A stretch of 46,981 bases of DNA from positions 1 to 46,981 of the forward strand of contig CAIUEQ010000143.1 of assembly GCA_903898215.1 (NCBI GenBank), in the 5' to 3' direction. The notes beneath the pieces are model-generated. The model worked only from the letters and a program-made list of their open reading frames with translations, was not told the origin of the DNA and ran no database searches. The position numbers and the translations under genes were made by a program. The stretch is from an uncultured Bacteroidota bacterium (lineage in GTDB: Bacteria > Bacteroidota > Bacteroidia > UKL13-3). Shown here in pieces: positions 1-10,400 of this stretch. The stretch's first letter is position 1; each line of letters opens with the position of its first letter.

Positions 1-823
1 ATTGAAAATAAATAAACTGTTTTGAATAGCCAAGATTTTGAGCTGTTGACCAAACTTTTTCTAAATATGGTTTGGCATATTCTTCCGAATTTGCTTCCCA
101 AGCGAAGGTTGCATTCACTCCACCAACCATATCCAATAGCACACCAAATTCTGCGGTATATCCAGGGTGGTGCAAGTTTGTGCTCCAATATTGTGAACCC
201 AAACAATAGGAATGTCTGTATTCATTTTTTCCTAAATCCTCTGCATCAAAAAGTATAAGGTCGATTCCAATATCAACAGGATTTGATTTTAAAATTCTTG
301 CAATTTCCATCAAAACACCTACACCACTTGCTCCATCATTAGCTCCCAAAATTGGCTGGGTTGGGTTAACATTATCTTTGTCGGCATAAGGGCGAGAATC
401 CCAGTGAGAGCATAGCATGATGCGTTTTTTTGCTTTCGGATTTATCTCGGCAATAATATTTCGGATATTTAATTTTCTATCGTCAAAATTTGTAATGGTG
501 GTTTTTTGTTCGATTACATTATCGGTATATTTTTTCAACTCACCAACAATCCAATCACCACATTTTTTTGCTTCATCAGAGTTGGTCACACGTGGTCCGA
601 AATCACATTGCTTTTGCACAAAATAATAGGCAGAATCAGCATTAAAATTTGGAGAAATTTGTTTGTTGGCTGCAGGCTGTTGGCTGATTGTTTCGGGCTG
701 CTTGTCAACTTTTTTTGGTTGATTATTACATGAAGTGAAAATCAATGCAATAAATAAAAATGTAACCGCAAAGAGCGCAAAGTTTTTTCGCAAAGAGCAC
801 AAAGTTTTTTTATAGTTTTTCAT
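1..823 (-). CDS. M28-family glutaminyl-peptide cyclotransferase (glutaminyl cyclase) lipoprotein; 3' end cut by window edge
   Basis: Absent from the ORF track because no stop lies inside the window. My translation of the minus strand from ATG 823-821 gives MKNYKKTLCSLRKNFALFAVTFLFIALIFTSCNNQPKK...RIMLCSHWDSRPYADKD...ILGANDGASGVGVLMEIARIL...IDLILFDAEDLG...GSQYWS, open to nt 1. It has a signal peptide plus lipobox Cys and M28/QC-type metal-ligand blocks. An in-frame TTG 12 codons downstream would give a shorter MRKNFALF... signal. Confidence 0.8.
   Translation of the reverse strand, partial: MKNYKKTLCSLRKNFALFAVTFLFIALIFTSCNNQPKKVDKQPETISQQPAANKQISPNFNADSAYYFVQKQCDFGPRVTNSDEAKKCGDWIVGELKKYTDNVIEQKTTITNFDDRKLNIRNIIAEINPKAKKRIMLCSHWDSRPYADKDNVNPTQPILGANDGASGVGVLMEIARILKSNPVDIGIDLILFDAEDLGKNEYRHSYCLGSQYWSTNLHHPGYTAEFGVLLDMVGGVNATFAWEANSEEYAKPYLEKVWSTAQNLGYSKQFIYFQ
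767..810. repeat. 22-bp tandem direct repeat x2 (cgcaaagagcRcaaagtttttt), 'CGCAAAG' dyad family
   Basis: Copies at 767-788 and 789-810 differ at one base. The repeat overlaps the first ~15 codons of the glutaminyl cyclase ORF. Confidence 0.85.
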
Positions 824-838
824 GATGATTAATAAATC

Positions 839-2308
839 TCAATTCGTGATTGTGTAAGACGTTCCTTCTTTTCCATCTTTAATTTCAAAACCCAAACGTT
901 TTAATTCATCACGAATCTCATCACTGGTTTTAAAATCTTTATTTGTTTTTGCATTGTTACGAATGTGAAATATCATTTGCATCAAACCATCAATTTTATC
1001 AGTGTTCACAGCATTTTCTTCTTTCAATCCCAAAATATCAAAAACAAAATCATTCATCAATTTTGATAATGAATTTTTATCTTCAATTGAAATTTTTTCG
1101 GTGCCAATATGAACAGCATTGATCATGCGAACTCCTTCAAATAAATGCGCCAATACAATCGGTGAGTTGAAATCGGAATTCATTGCATCATAAATGTTTG
1201 ACGTTAACAGTTTGACGTTTGATGTTGTTTGTTCACTGGTTTTTAAACCATCAATCAATTTCATGGTATTCATCAATCGTACAAAACCTTTTTCGGCTGC
1301 TTGTAATGCTTCGTTGCTAAAATCAAGCGTGCTTCGATAATGCGCCTGTAGCATAAAAAAACGAACTGTCATCGGGCTATAACCTTTATCAAGAAGTTTG
1401 TGATTCCCTGAAAATAATTCTAACGGTAAAAAAGAGTTGCCAAGCGACTTACTCATTTTTTGTCCGTTTACAGTTAACATATTGGTATGTATCCAAAACC
1501 TTGCAGGTGATTTTTGGTGACAAGCAATATTTTGAGCAACTTCATTTGTGTGATGGGTTGGGATAAGATCCATTCCACCACCATGAATATCAAATTCGTT
1601 TCCTAAATATTTTGAACTCATTGCCGAGCATTCGATATGCCATCCCGGGAAACCATCTCCCCATGGACTTTGCCAACGCATAATCGATTCGGGTTTTGCT
1701 TTTATCCAAAGCGCAAAATCTAGTCTTCCATTTTTGTCTTCCTGTCCGCCAAGTTCGCGAGTATTATTTAATAACTCATCTAAATTTCTTCCTGATAAAA
1801 TGGTGTAATTATTTTGCTTAGAGAATTTTTCTACATCAAAATAAATCGTTCCGTTTTTTTCATAAGCAAAACCATTCTCGAGAATAGTTTTGGTCATTTC
1901 AATTTGTTCGATGATATGACCAGTTGCAGTTGGTTCAATGCTTGGCGGGATAGTATTAAACAATTCGAGCACATGATGAAAATCCAACGTATATCGTTGT
2001 ACAATTTCCATTGGTTCTAATTGTTCGAGCTTAGCTTTTTTGCCAATTTTATCTTCCCCTTCATCCGCATCATTTTCTAAATGTCCGGCATCAGTGATGT
2101 TTCGCACATAGCGAACTTTATAACCGCAATGCAATAGATACCGATAAATTACATCGAAAGAAATATAGGTACGGCAATTACCAAGATGCGCATTATTGTA
2201 AACGGTTGGGCCACAAACATACATTCCTACATGACCTTCATGTATAGGTTCAAACTTTTCAAGTTCGCGAGAAAGAGTATTATAAATTTTTAGATCCTGT
2301 TTCTGCAT
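839..2308 (-). CDS. cysS: cysteine--tRNA ligase
   Basis: 489-aa ORF with a class-I HIGH-type motif (NNAHLGNCRTY) and KMSKS (QKMSKSLGN). Length and overall sequence are typical of CysRS. Confidence 0.95.
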   Translation of the reverse strand: MQKQDLKIYNTLSRELEKFEPIHEGHVGMYVCGPTVYNNAHLGNCRTYISFDVIYRYLLHCGYKVRYVRNITDAGHLENDADEGEDKIGKKAKLEQLEPMEIVQRYTLDFHHVLELFNTIPPSIEPTATGHIIEQIEMTKTILENGFAYEKNGTIYFDVEKFSKQNNYTILSGRNLDELLNNTRELGGQEDKNGRLDFALWIKAKPESIMRWQSPWGDGFPGWHIECSAMSSKYLGNEFDIHGGGMDLIPTHHTNEVAQNIACHQKSPARFWIHTNMLTVNGQKMSKSLGNSFLPLELFSGNHKLLDKGYSPMTVRFFMLQAHYRSTLDFSNEALQAAEKGFVRLMNTMKLIDGLKTSEQTTSNVKLLTSNIYDAMNSDFNSPIVLAHLFEGVRMINAVHIGTEKISIEDKNSLSKLMNDFVFDILGLKEENAVNTDKIDGLMQMIFHIRNNAKTNKDFKTSDEIRDELKRLGFEIKDGKEGTSYTITN

Positions 2309-2313
2309 GATCG

Positions 2314-2682
2314 TTAAAACGGTAGATCATCCGAAGGACTGTCTACAGTTGTTCCGGGATCTTGATCAGGATAAAAAGTATCTTGTGGTGCAGATGAACC
2401 TTGTTGCCCGTCTCCTTCAATTTTCCATGCACGAACATCAGTGAACCAGCGACCTTGCCATTCGCGCGATTCAAGATTTAATGATGCTTTGATTTGATCG
2501 CCTGCTTTAAACTTTTTAAGTTCAGCAACTTTATCACCCATCGTGCTTATCATTACTTTTTTAGGGAATTTATCAAATGTTTCAATAACAAATTCTTGTT
2601 TTGTCCAAGCGTTTCCTGTTTTGCTTGTTCCGCTTGTTTCATCCATTATTTGGATAATTTTTCCTGTGATTTCGAGAGCCAT
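2314..2682 (-). CDS. DUF3127-family small protein with SSB-like acidic C-terminal tip
   Basis: 122-aa ORF ending 5 nt upstream of cysS. The core (ITGKIIQI..SGTSKTGNAW.KQEFVIET...ESREWQGRWFTDVRAWKIE) matches my memory of DUF3127. The tail is Gly/Pro/Gln-rich and ends in DDLPF. Confidence 0.8.
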   Translation of the reverse strand: MALEITGKIIQIMDETSGTSKTGNAWTKQEFVIETFDKFPKKVMISTMGDKVAELKKFKAGDQIKASLNLESREWQGRWFTDVRAWKIEGDGQQGSSAPQDTFYPDQDPGTTVDSPSDDLPF

Positions 2683-2820
2683 TTTATTTTTGATTTATCG
2701 TTTGTAAAATTAGAAATTTTGAGCACAAATTTATCTATGCGAAAATATTAGAAATTATCGTGAATTAAATTGATGTGTAAAAATTTATATTAGTTCAAAA
2801 ATTTTATTTGTGAAGACTCT

Positions 2821-2863
2821 ATTTCTAAAGATCTGACGCGTAATGCGTCAGACCTTTAGAAAT
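2821..2863 (-). terminator. long hairpin overlapping the stop codon of the 2856..4289 gene
   Basis: atttctaaag-a-tctgacgc-gtaat-gcgtcaga-c-ctttagaaat forms 10 + 8 bp of perfect pairing with one a/c mismatch. There is no clear T-run after it on the minus strand. Confidence 0.45.
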
Positions 2864-4289
2864 ATAATTTACAAACGAAGATAGCTGTGATCACACAAAC
2901 CAGATCAACAAGCAGCATCACTCCTAAAGCATAGCGTGAATCTTTGATGTTTACCGAACCAAAGTATAGTGCAACTACATAAAAGGTGGTTTCGGCAGCA
3001 CCCTGAAATAAACATGAGAGCTGACCGGTTAAACTATCGGCACCATAAGTTTTCATCGCATCAAGCATAAAACCACGTGATCCTCCGGCACTAAAAGGAC
3101 GCATGATTGCAACGGGAATAGCATTAATCACTTGCGGATCAACTTTAAAAATATTTAGTGTTGAGGTAATGCCATTCATAATAATATTCATCAATCCTGA
3201 ATTACGGAAAACACTTAAAGCAACCAACATCGCAACCATATATGGCAATACTCTTACACCGGTTGTAAAACCATCTTTGGCACCATGTATAAATGAATCG
3301 AAAATATTTGTTTGATTAAGAGTGAAGAATTTTTCGTTTAGAATGCTATACGCAACGATGAGTAAAATGATGAATAATAATGCCCCATTACTAAGGTTTC
3401 CGGTGAAGTGAAATTTTTCAATTCCATCTAACTTACTGATATAAAATAATAGTAAACCAATAATTGCACTGATGATTGTTACCACTCCAAGTACAACAAA
3501 ATTTATTAGATTAATCCTTTGTTTGATACTCACAAAAATTAAAGCAGCCAATGTTCCAACAAACGAAGTGATGATACACGGCAACATAATATCGGCAGGA
3601 TTATTTGCATGCTGTGCTGCACGATAGCCAATAATGGAAGTTGGAATTAAAGTTAAACCGGCAGCATGCAAACATAAAAACATGATCTGACTATTTGATG
3701 CTCGGTCTTTTGTTAAATTAACTTCCTGCATACTTTCCATTGCCTTTAATCCAAATGGTGTTGCTGCATTATCTAACCCCAAAAAATTGGCTGCAAAATT
3801 CATTGTCATAAACCCATATGCTGCATGATCTTTTGGTAACTCAGGAAAAATTTTGACAAAAAATGGGGCTAAAATTTTCGCTAATTTACTTATGGCATTC
3901 GAGTCATTTAATAAATTCAGTAAGCCGCAAAAAAAAGTGAGATATCCAATTAAAGGAAGCCAAATATCAGTAATCGTATTTTTGCATGTAGGAAAAATTC
4001 CATCTGCCTGTTGCTTCCCAACACACAATTGAACAACCCCATTTTCCAAATTTAGATAGGATGTATCTCCTTGCTGAAAAGGCAAAGTCCCGTTAGCCTG
4101 AATTTTTGAAAACAATACTGAATCTTTTTGCTGGAGTTGTTTTGTTGGGAGTTCTGCAATTACAAGTGCATCATTTTGTTTTCCGTTTACAACACTACTC
4201 AAAGTATACTGCCGTCCGGTTGACAGCATGATAAATAAATAGATTACACTAAGTACAATGATAAACGACCAAAATCTGCTTAATGCCAT
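2856..4289 (-). CDS. nucleoside-recognition (Gate) domain membrane protein, fused SpmA/SpmB type
   Basis: 477-aa polytopic hydrophobic ORF. Its two-half architecture and motifs (FAANFLGLDNAATPFGLKAME; MRPFSAGGSRG) are typical of fused SpmA/SpmB-like proteins in Bacteroidota. Confidence 0.75.
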   Translation of the reverse strand: MALSRFWSFIIVLSVIYLFIMLSTGRQYTLSSVVNGKQNDALVIAELPTKQLQQKDSVLFSKIQANGTLPFQQGDTSYLNLENGVVQLCVGKQQADGIFPTCKNTITDIWLPLIGYLTFFCGLLNLLNDSNAISKLAKILAPFFVKIFPELPKDHAAYGFMTMNFAANFLGLDNAATPFGLKAMESMQEVNLTKDRASNSQIMFLCLHAAGLTLIPTSIIGYRAAQHANNPADIMLPCIITSFVGTLAALIFVSIKQRINLINFVVLGVVTIISAIIGLLLFYISKLDGIEKFHFTGNLSNGALLFIILLIVAYSILNEKFFTLNQTNIFDSFIHGAKDGFTTGVRVLPYMVAMLVALSVFRNSGLMNIIMNGITSTLNIFKVDPQVINAIPVAIMRPFSAGGSRGFMLDAMKTYGADSLTGQLSCLFQGAAETTFYVVALYFGSVNIKDSRYALGVMLLVDLVCVITAIFVCKLYF

Positions 4290-4380
4290 GAGAAATAATT
4301 ACGAATCAATTTTAATTCTTTTTAAAGAAACCGTAAAATAGAAGTTGTGTGCAGTTGTGGATATGTGCTGCAATTAAATA

Positions 4381-4411
4381 AAAAAGCCTTCGGGTTACCG
4401 AAGGCTTTTTT
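4381..4411 (-). terminator. rho-independent terminator (bidirectional-looking) after the giant gene
   Basis: aaaaa-gccttcgg-gtta-ccgaaggc-tttttt is an 8-bp GC-rich stem flanked by A- and T-runs, 20 nt downstream of the stop at 4431. Confidence 0.8.
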
Positions 4412-4430
4412 ATTTTAAAACATTATCTCC

Positions 4431-7400
4431 TTAATTTCTGATAAGGGTAACCGTTCCGTGAACAGATGTTTCATTAGCTTGAGCTCTCAACTTATAAGTG
4501 AAAATATAGAAGTAGGTTCCGTCTGCACAATCTGCCCCAGTATTATTATCTTTTCCATTCCACATATTTGTTTTGTCTGTACTGGTAAACACCTTAGTTC
4601 CCCAACGGTTATAAACCATCAGATCATATTTAAGTTCACCTTCAACATCTATTTTGAAGAAATCATTTTGTCCATTATCATCCGGTGTAAATACGTTAGG
4701 AATTACAACTTTGGTGATGTAAACATTATTAACCATTACACAGGTTGTGTCATTACAAAATTCAGGATCATTTGGAATATTTGTGAATGCCACCAAACAA
4801 ACTTTGAAGCTTCCGGTATCATCACCCAAATTGTATTCGAAATTAATATTCGGAATAGTGTATGACTTCGTACCATCAGCATCAGGTCTAAGCGTAATAC
4901 CATCTTTTTGATAAACTAACCAATGGTAATAATCTGCAGCCTGTGAGATGTTAGTGAATTTGTACAATGGGAAATTAGTAGTATCAAAAGGAACTTGAAT
5001 GATAGCCTTTGGTTTCATTGCACGAATGGTAATTGTATCTAGCATTCTACACTGCGCTGCTTTTGGAACAGATGACTGATAATTGATCGGGAACAATATA
5101 AATTTATATAGAGCCACCGAATCAAATTTCTGATTCTTCAAGGCCATATTACCAAAAACACTATCCTGTCTGATAAATGTTAATGGAGTATCTGCATACC
5201 TACGTTCAAATCTATATGCCGAGTAATTAAGCGAATCGGATAGATTTCGTACATCAAACAATTGACCCACACAAACAGTATCCTTATCAGCTTTAATTTT
5301 AGCATAATATGGTTGTTTAACATAAATATTAATTGAATCGTCTGGTATTTTTACTTCCGGACAAGCAACCTGGTTTAGAGGCAAAGCATCACGACCAACA
5401 GCATAAATTTTAAATACTCCTGTATCAGTATATACATGCCAAACGGTATCACGTCTTCCTGTTACAGGCGACATTCCACCATCTCCCCAATAGAAGAATG
5501 TTGAAAGGGTTGGCGTATCAGAAGGATTTCTCATATCAAATGAATCGGCCATATTCAGGATTCCAACTCTGAAAGGTTTACAACCAATGGTATCGGTGAA
5601 AATCTTGAATGCTGGACGAGGTCCTTGAACAGTGATTGATTTAGTTACTGTATCCGCACAACCTTGTTCTGTAAGAATTGCCAATTTTACTTTAAAAATT
5701 CCGTTTTTATTAAAGAACCAAATAGGATTTGGAATAACAGAATTAGGCGTAAGGGTATCCTGACCTTGTAATCCATTTGGATATTTATATCTGATAGTAA
5801 ACCACCATTTACGAGAAACCTCATGGTCAAAAGTATTAGTATCGTTTGCACCTGTGATTACAAAAGATGAATCCATGAATGAAGCTGTATCCTTACAACC
5901 AATAATATCGCTTGTAGTAAAGATTTTAGCAACCGGTTTCATTACTTCAACAAATGACACACAAGTATCAAAATGACCAATACTATCACGACTAATCATT
6001 GACACTTTAAACCTTCCGTAATTTAAAAATTGGTGAGTAGGTTTTGTACTTGAAATGATTGGCGTTCCATCTCCAAAATTCCAATACACGCGATGTGTGT
6101 AGAATGGAAACGAAGTGTATTGGTTGTTACTGATAAACACCCACTGAAATCCATTCCAATAAAACATTCCAACTTTTTTGTATGCACCTTTTCCATTATT
6201 ATAAATAAGTGTGCGACCAATAGTTGGAATTGGAACTCTTGAAAGATCAGTTATTGAATTAAGGGTATCATAATTTGGAGAATTCAACGGAGTGAAAGTG
6301 ATTATTGGTGTGAAGCACGGATACCATCCACCATAAGTTCCCCACGTATACAAACCAGGGTCACCGAGTGGACCTGTTACCGGACAGAATATTACCATTC
6401 CAGGATAAAGTAATTCGTATGCCGAATCAGATGTGCTGGCAGGAATTAATACTTTTACATTTCCTCCTCTAAGCACTCTATCCCAATGGCCTGTACGTTT
6501 TAAATTAGGATTTACACCAGGTAAGTAGGTGAGATTATCATCATAATTTGTCCATTTTCCAGGGAAGTATCTGAAATCTATTTGACTATTTGAATAGATA
6601 GTGTTTGAGTTAACGAGCGTATCAGTTGGATTTATTGAATCTCTTGCCCAGAAATTAATAGTATCAAACTGATAAGTATCCCATGGGTAACCAGCATTTG
6701 GCTCAAGTACTCCATAGTTAAATCCATGGTATCCGTCAGGACGACTTGTACCCCAAATTGGAATAGCTGTCATGGTAATAAAATTATCGAATCTCCAATA
6801 TCTAAGCGAGTCAATAAAGTGAGCAGGTTCGTTTTTACAGAAAACGGTATCTTCAACCCAATCTCCTCCATAAATATGTAGAGTATCAATAATACCAACT
6901 GTAAAATATTGACCAACGTTGTATTGGCAGTTTTGAGAGTTGGTCATAAAATGATCTATGGTTGTAATTGCATTTTCAGGTAAGCCTGCTTTCAAAGCAA
7001 TTTCCCAACTTGTTTTATGATAAACATGCCATATTGGAAGATACATCATTGCGGTATCAATGGTAATATATTGAGTAAACCTCATGGTATCTCTCATTGG
7101 TAAGAACAGAGTATCCATGTAATTGGTATATCCATATTTTGACCAAAGTGGATCGGCATGATTAGGGTTTGGACATTTACTTCTCAAGACAAGGGTGTCA
7201 GGAGCAGCTGTTGAAATATAATTGAAGAATCGGTGATAATTTACCGGCAATTTAGTGGTATCCTGAGCTCTGATCCGAATTGTATCAGGGTATAAACCTG
7301 CCCACGAATCGTGATTTGGTTCGGTACACTTATTCCGCAACATCAATATATCAGGAGCAATAAATCCTATTGAATCCCAGAATCGTTTGTAAAATCTTAT

Positions 7401-10400
7401 AGGATATTTAAATTGTCTTGTGCCATAAACTCCACAAGGCCAAACAGTAGAATCTATTATTACCGGATTACCTGATGATAAATCAAAATTATATTGAACA
7501 CGTCTTACTCCATGAGTATAATAACCATCGGTAGTATCTATTGGACTAAAATAGAATGAATCGGCTGTAACGGTTTGATCGTTCCAAACCCATACATTGC
7601 TTTTAACACTATCTTGAATACTATCTGCATAAATCACCCAAATTGTATCTTCACGCTCTCTTAGGTATGAAGCAGGATACACCCCATTTATTCCTGAAGG
7701 AAGTATTTCGATTGGTGATTTTATAAATGCTGCATTGAGTTCTTTTATTCGCCAGAAGTTATGATACCAAACTGTATCTGAAATACAACGCGACCAGTTT
7801 GGATCGATATATTCTAAAGTATATAAAGTATCCGGGAAATATGCAATAGAATCATAAGTACGTCTTAAAGGAACACGGTTAATAATTGCATTAAAGGCAT
7901 ACGTATGTGGCAAACTATCATCAACCCATCCGGCAGGAATTGGCACAAGTGGTGGTGTAGTTTTGTTTGCAATCTGGTCTATTAATAAGAAATTCTTATA
8001 GGTCCATGGGTTTCCTAGTCCGGCAGGATCTGCAGGATTCCAGCTATAAATTTTACCAGCTGAATCTCTTAAAGGACCGCCACTATTTGTTTGATTTAGT
8101 AAATAATTTGATTTCCAAACCTTAATTGTACTATCCTTTAAACCGTTTCCGATAAATACTCCAATGGTTACATATCCTAATAAACTATCAGCAGCAGGAG
8201 GTGTACCCGCATTTGCTCCCATATGGTATTGTAAAATCGAACCGCTGGCACCTGTCCATGGACTTGGTGGCAATGGATTCCAATTCATTCCAGTGTAAAA
8301 AGTATTTCTAGTCAAGAAACCAGGAGTAGTATTTGCACCTGGTCCTGGTGCTAACGCTGTTCCATAAGTACCAACTCCCCATGATGTAAATCCATCCAGA
8401 TAGCAAGGTGTATAATCCATCCTATCGGCAAGTGAATCAATATCGATCCATATAGATGTTCTACTTCCACATTCGAGTTTAAATCCTGGATATGGTTGTT
8501 TTTTATCATCAAATCTTAAGGCAGGATATCCTTGTGTACCTTGACCATTTAAACCAGGGCACTCTTTAGGTTGTTTACCCATACCTCTTGCATCAGGTTT
8601 TCCTAAAGCAAGAATAACGGTTGATTGCATTGTACAATCCCATGCATCAAGTGTATCTCCATCATTAAAATAACTTGGGTTGCGGTTTGAAGCCGTACGG
8701 CTTTCATTGTTTAAACTATCGGTTAATAATAGAGTTACTGTAATACATTTTTGAATGACCCTTCTAAACATATACTCGAAGAAATCCTGATTACTTCCCG
8801 GTAACTTAGTAGTACCCGGTGGTAGAACTATTGATTTTCCGGCAGTATAAGTTAATGGAGGGAAGTGGACAGCCGTATCAATACTGATACCGCTAAACAA
8901 AGTATAATTACCAAGTGCCATTTGGAATGGATCAGGAATTTGAGTAGCCCCGGGGGTTATTCCATTTGGTGCATTACCCGGTAACAAATCTCTTGGAAGC
9001 TGATTTGCTCTAGGTAAAGATTGATTGAGTGTATCGATACGAGGCCATTTTACCCATTTACCAGGTAGTGTGTCTCTTTCAATATATTTTTTCTGACAAT
9101 TAGAAGCAGGGGTATTTGAATAATAAAAATGCTGTTTACCTAAATGATTCCTATTGATGTATGAACCATAAGTTCCTGCTATACTCTGATATGATCCTAA
9201 TGCAATAAGATTTGCAATAGTAGCACTATCAGTAAAAGTAAAATAGTTACAGACATAAGTAGTGTCTACATAATGTGTAACAAATGAAGAGTCTTGCCTT
9301 TTCGACCAATTTCCAGATAGTATGTCTAGGTAAATTGGTTTACCCCACCAAGTGGTATCCCAGTCTTTTACAGCATAAGGTGATGTACCGTTAGTTCCTG
9401 GGGAACCATTTTTTGTCCAGAAATTCCCAGGAAGTGCCGAATTCCAAGGCATAAAATCATGTCCGTATCGGTACCAAAGGTATACGGTATCCCAGTTTGG
9501 ATAAACATGTCGAGGTAAAGTATCGTGTGAGTAATTACAATTTCTTCTTCCCTGATAGGTAACACCATTGCTGATAAAGAAATGATCACTATGCATAAAT
9601 TGTTGTACCGCATCACTCCACATACGTGTGGTATCATACATCACCAACAAAGTATCATGAAAACTCAAATAATCATTGGTATTTGAAATTGGTTTGTAAT
9701 ATGCAAACGAATCAATTTTTACTACTGGAGGCCAGCTGTACATACCCGCATGCGGAAAATGAGGAAGACTGAATGAAGTACATTGTGGAGCATAAACATC
9801 TCCAAAATCCCAACGTCTCCAAACATTTCTAGATTTATAGTTTACAGATGTATTTACAAAATCAACAGTATCGTTTGGTCCGCATTGTTGCTTTTGAGAT
9901 GTTTTAATCAGAATCTGAGCTGGTGGGTTTTCAATTCGAGCAAATGGTCCTAAAACTCTTACACCATAATTATAGCTTCGAGCAAATTTATACCAAAAAG
10001 TACTTAATGCTTTTCCAGTAGGATCAACAATCGTATTGTAATAGTATGGCTTAGTATGTAGTCCCAAAATATTCAAGCAAGAATCTGCCTGCACATCTTT
10101 TAATCCTGTAGGAAATGAAAGTGGAACTATTGAATCTCTAATTGTTTGAAAGGTTTTAGCTATTGGAGGTGGTATAAAGAAATTTGTAAGAACCGCATTG
10201 GTGAGCGTTCGTGGTGCAAATCCCCAATATTGATAAACCGGAACAGAGTCGGGTCTAATTATTGGATATGGTGAATATGGTGATGTGAAATTAAGCGTAT
10301 CGAAATAGTATGCTGTGTCTCCAATGTATTTGTTTTTAAATACCATTTTGTATTTAGCAAAATTGGAAACATGTCCAACATATCTCATTTGTACACTATC

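Noticed and set aside
22-733. Three plus-strand ORFs in the track (22..258, 417..626, 506..733).
   Set aside because: They lie antisense to a much better minus-strand reading frame (the glutaminyl cyclase, 823..1). Their products are low-complexity with no recognisable motifs.
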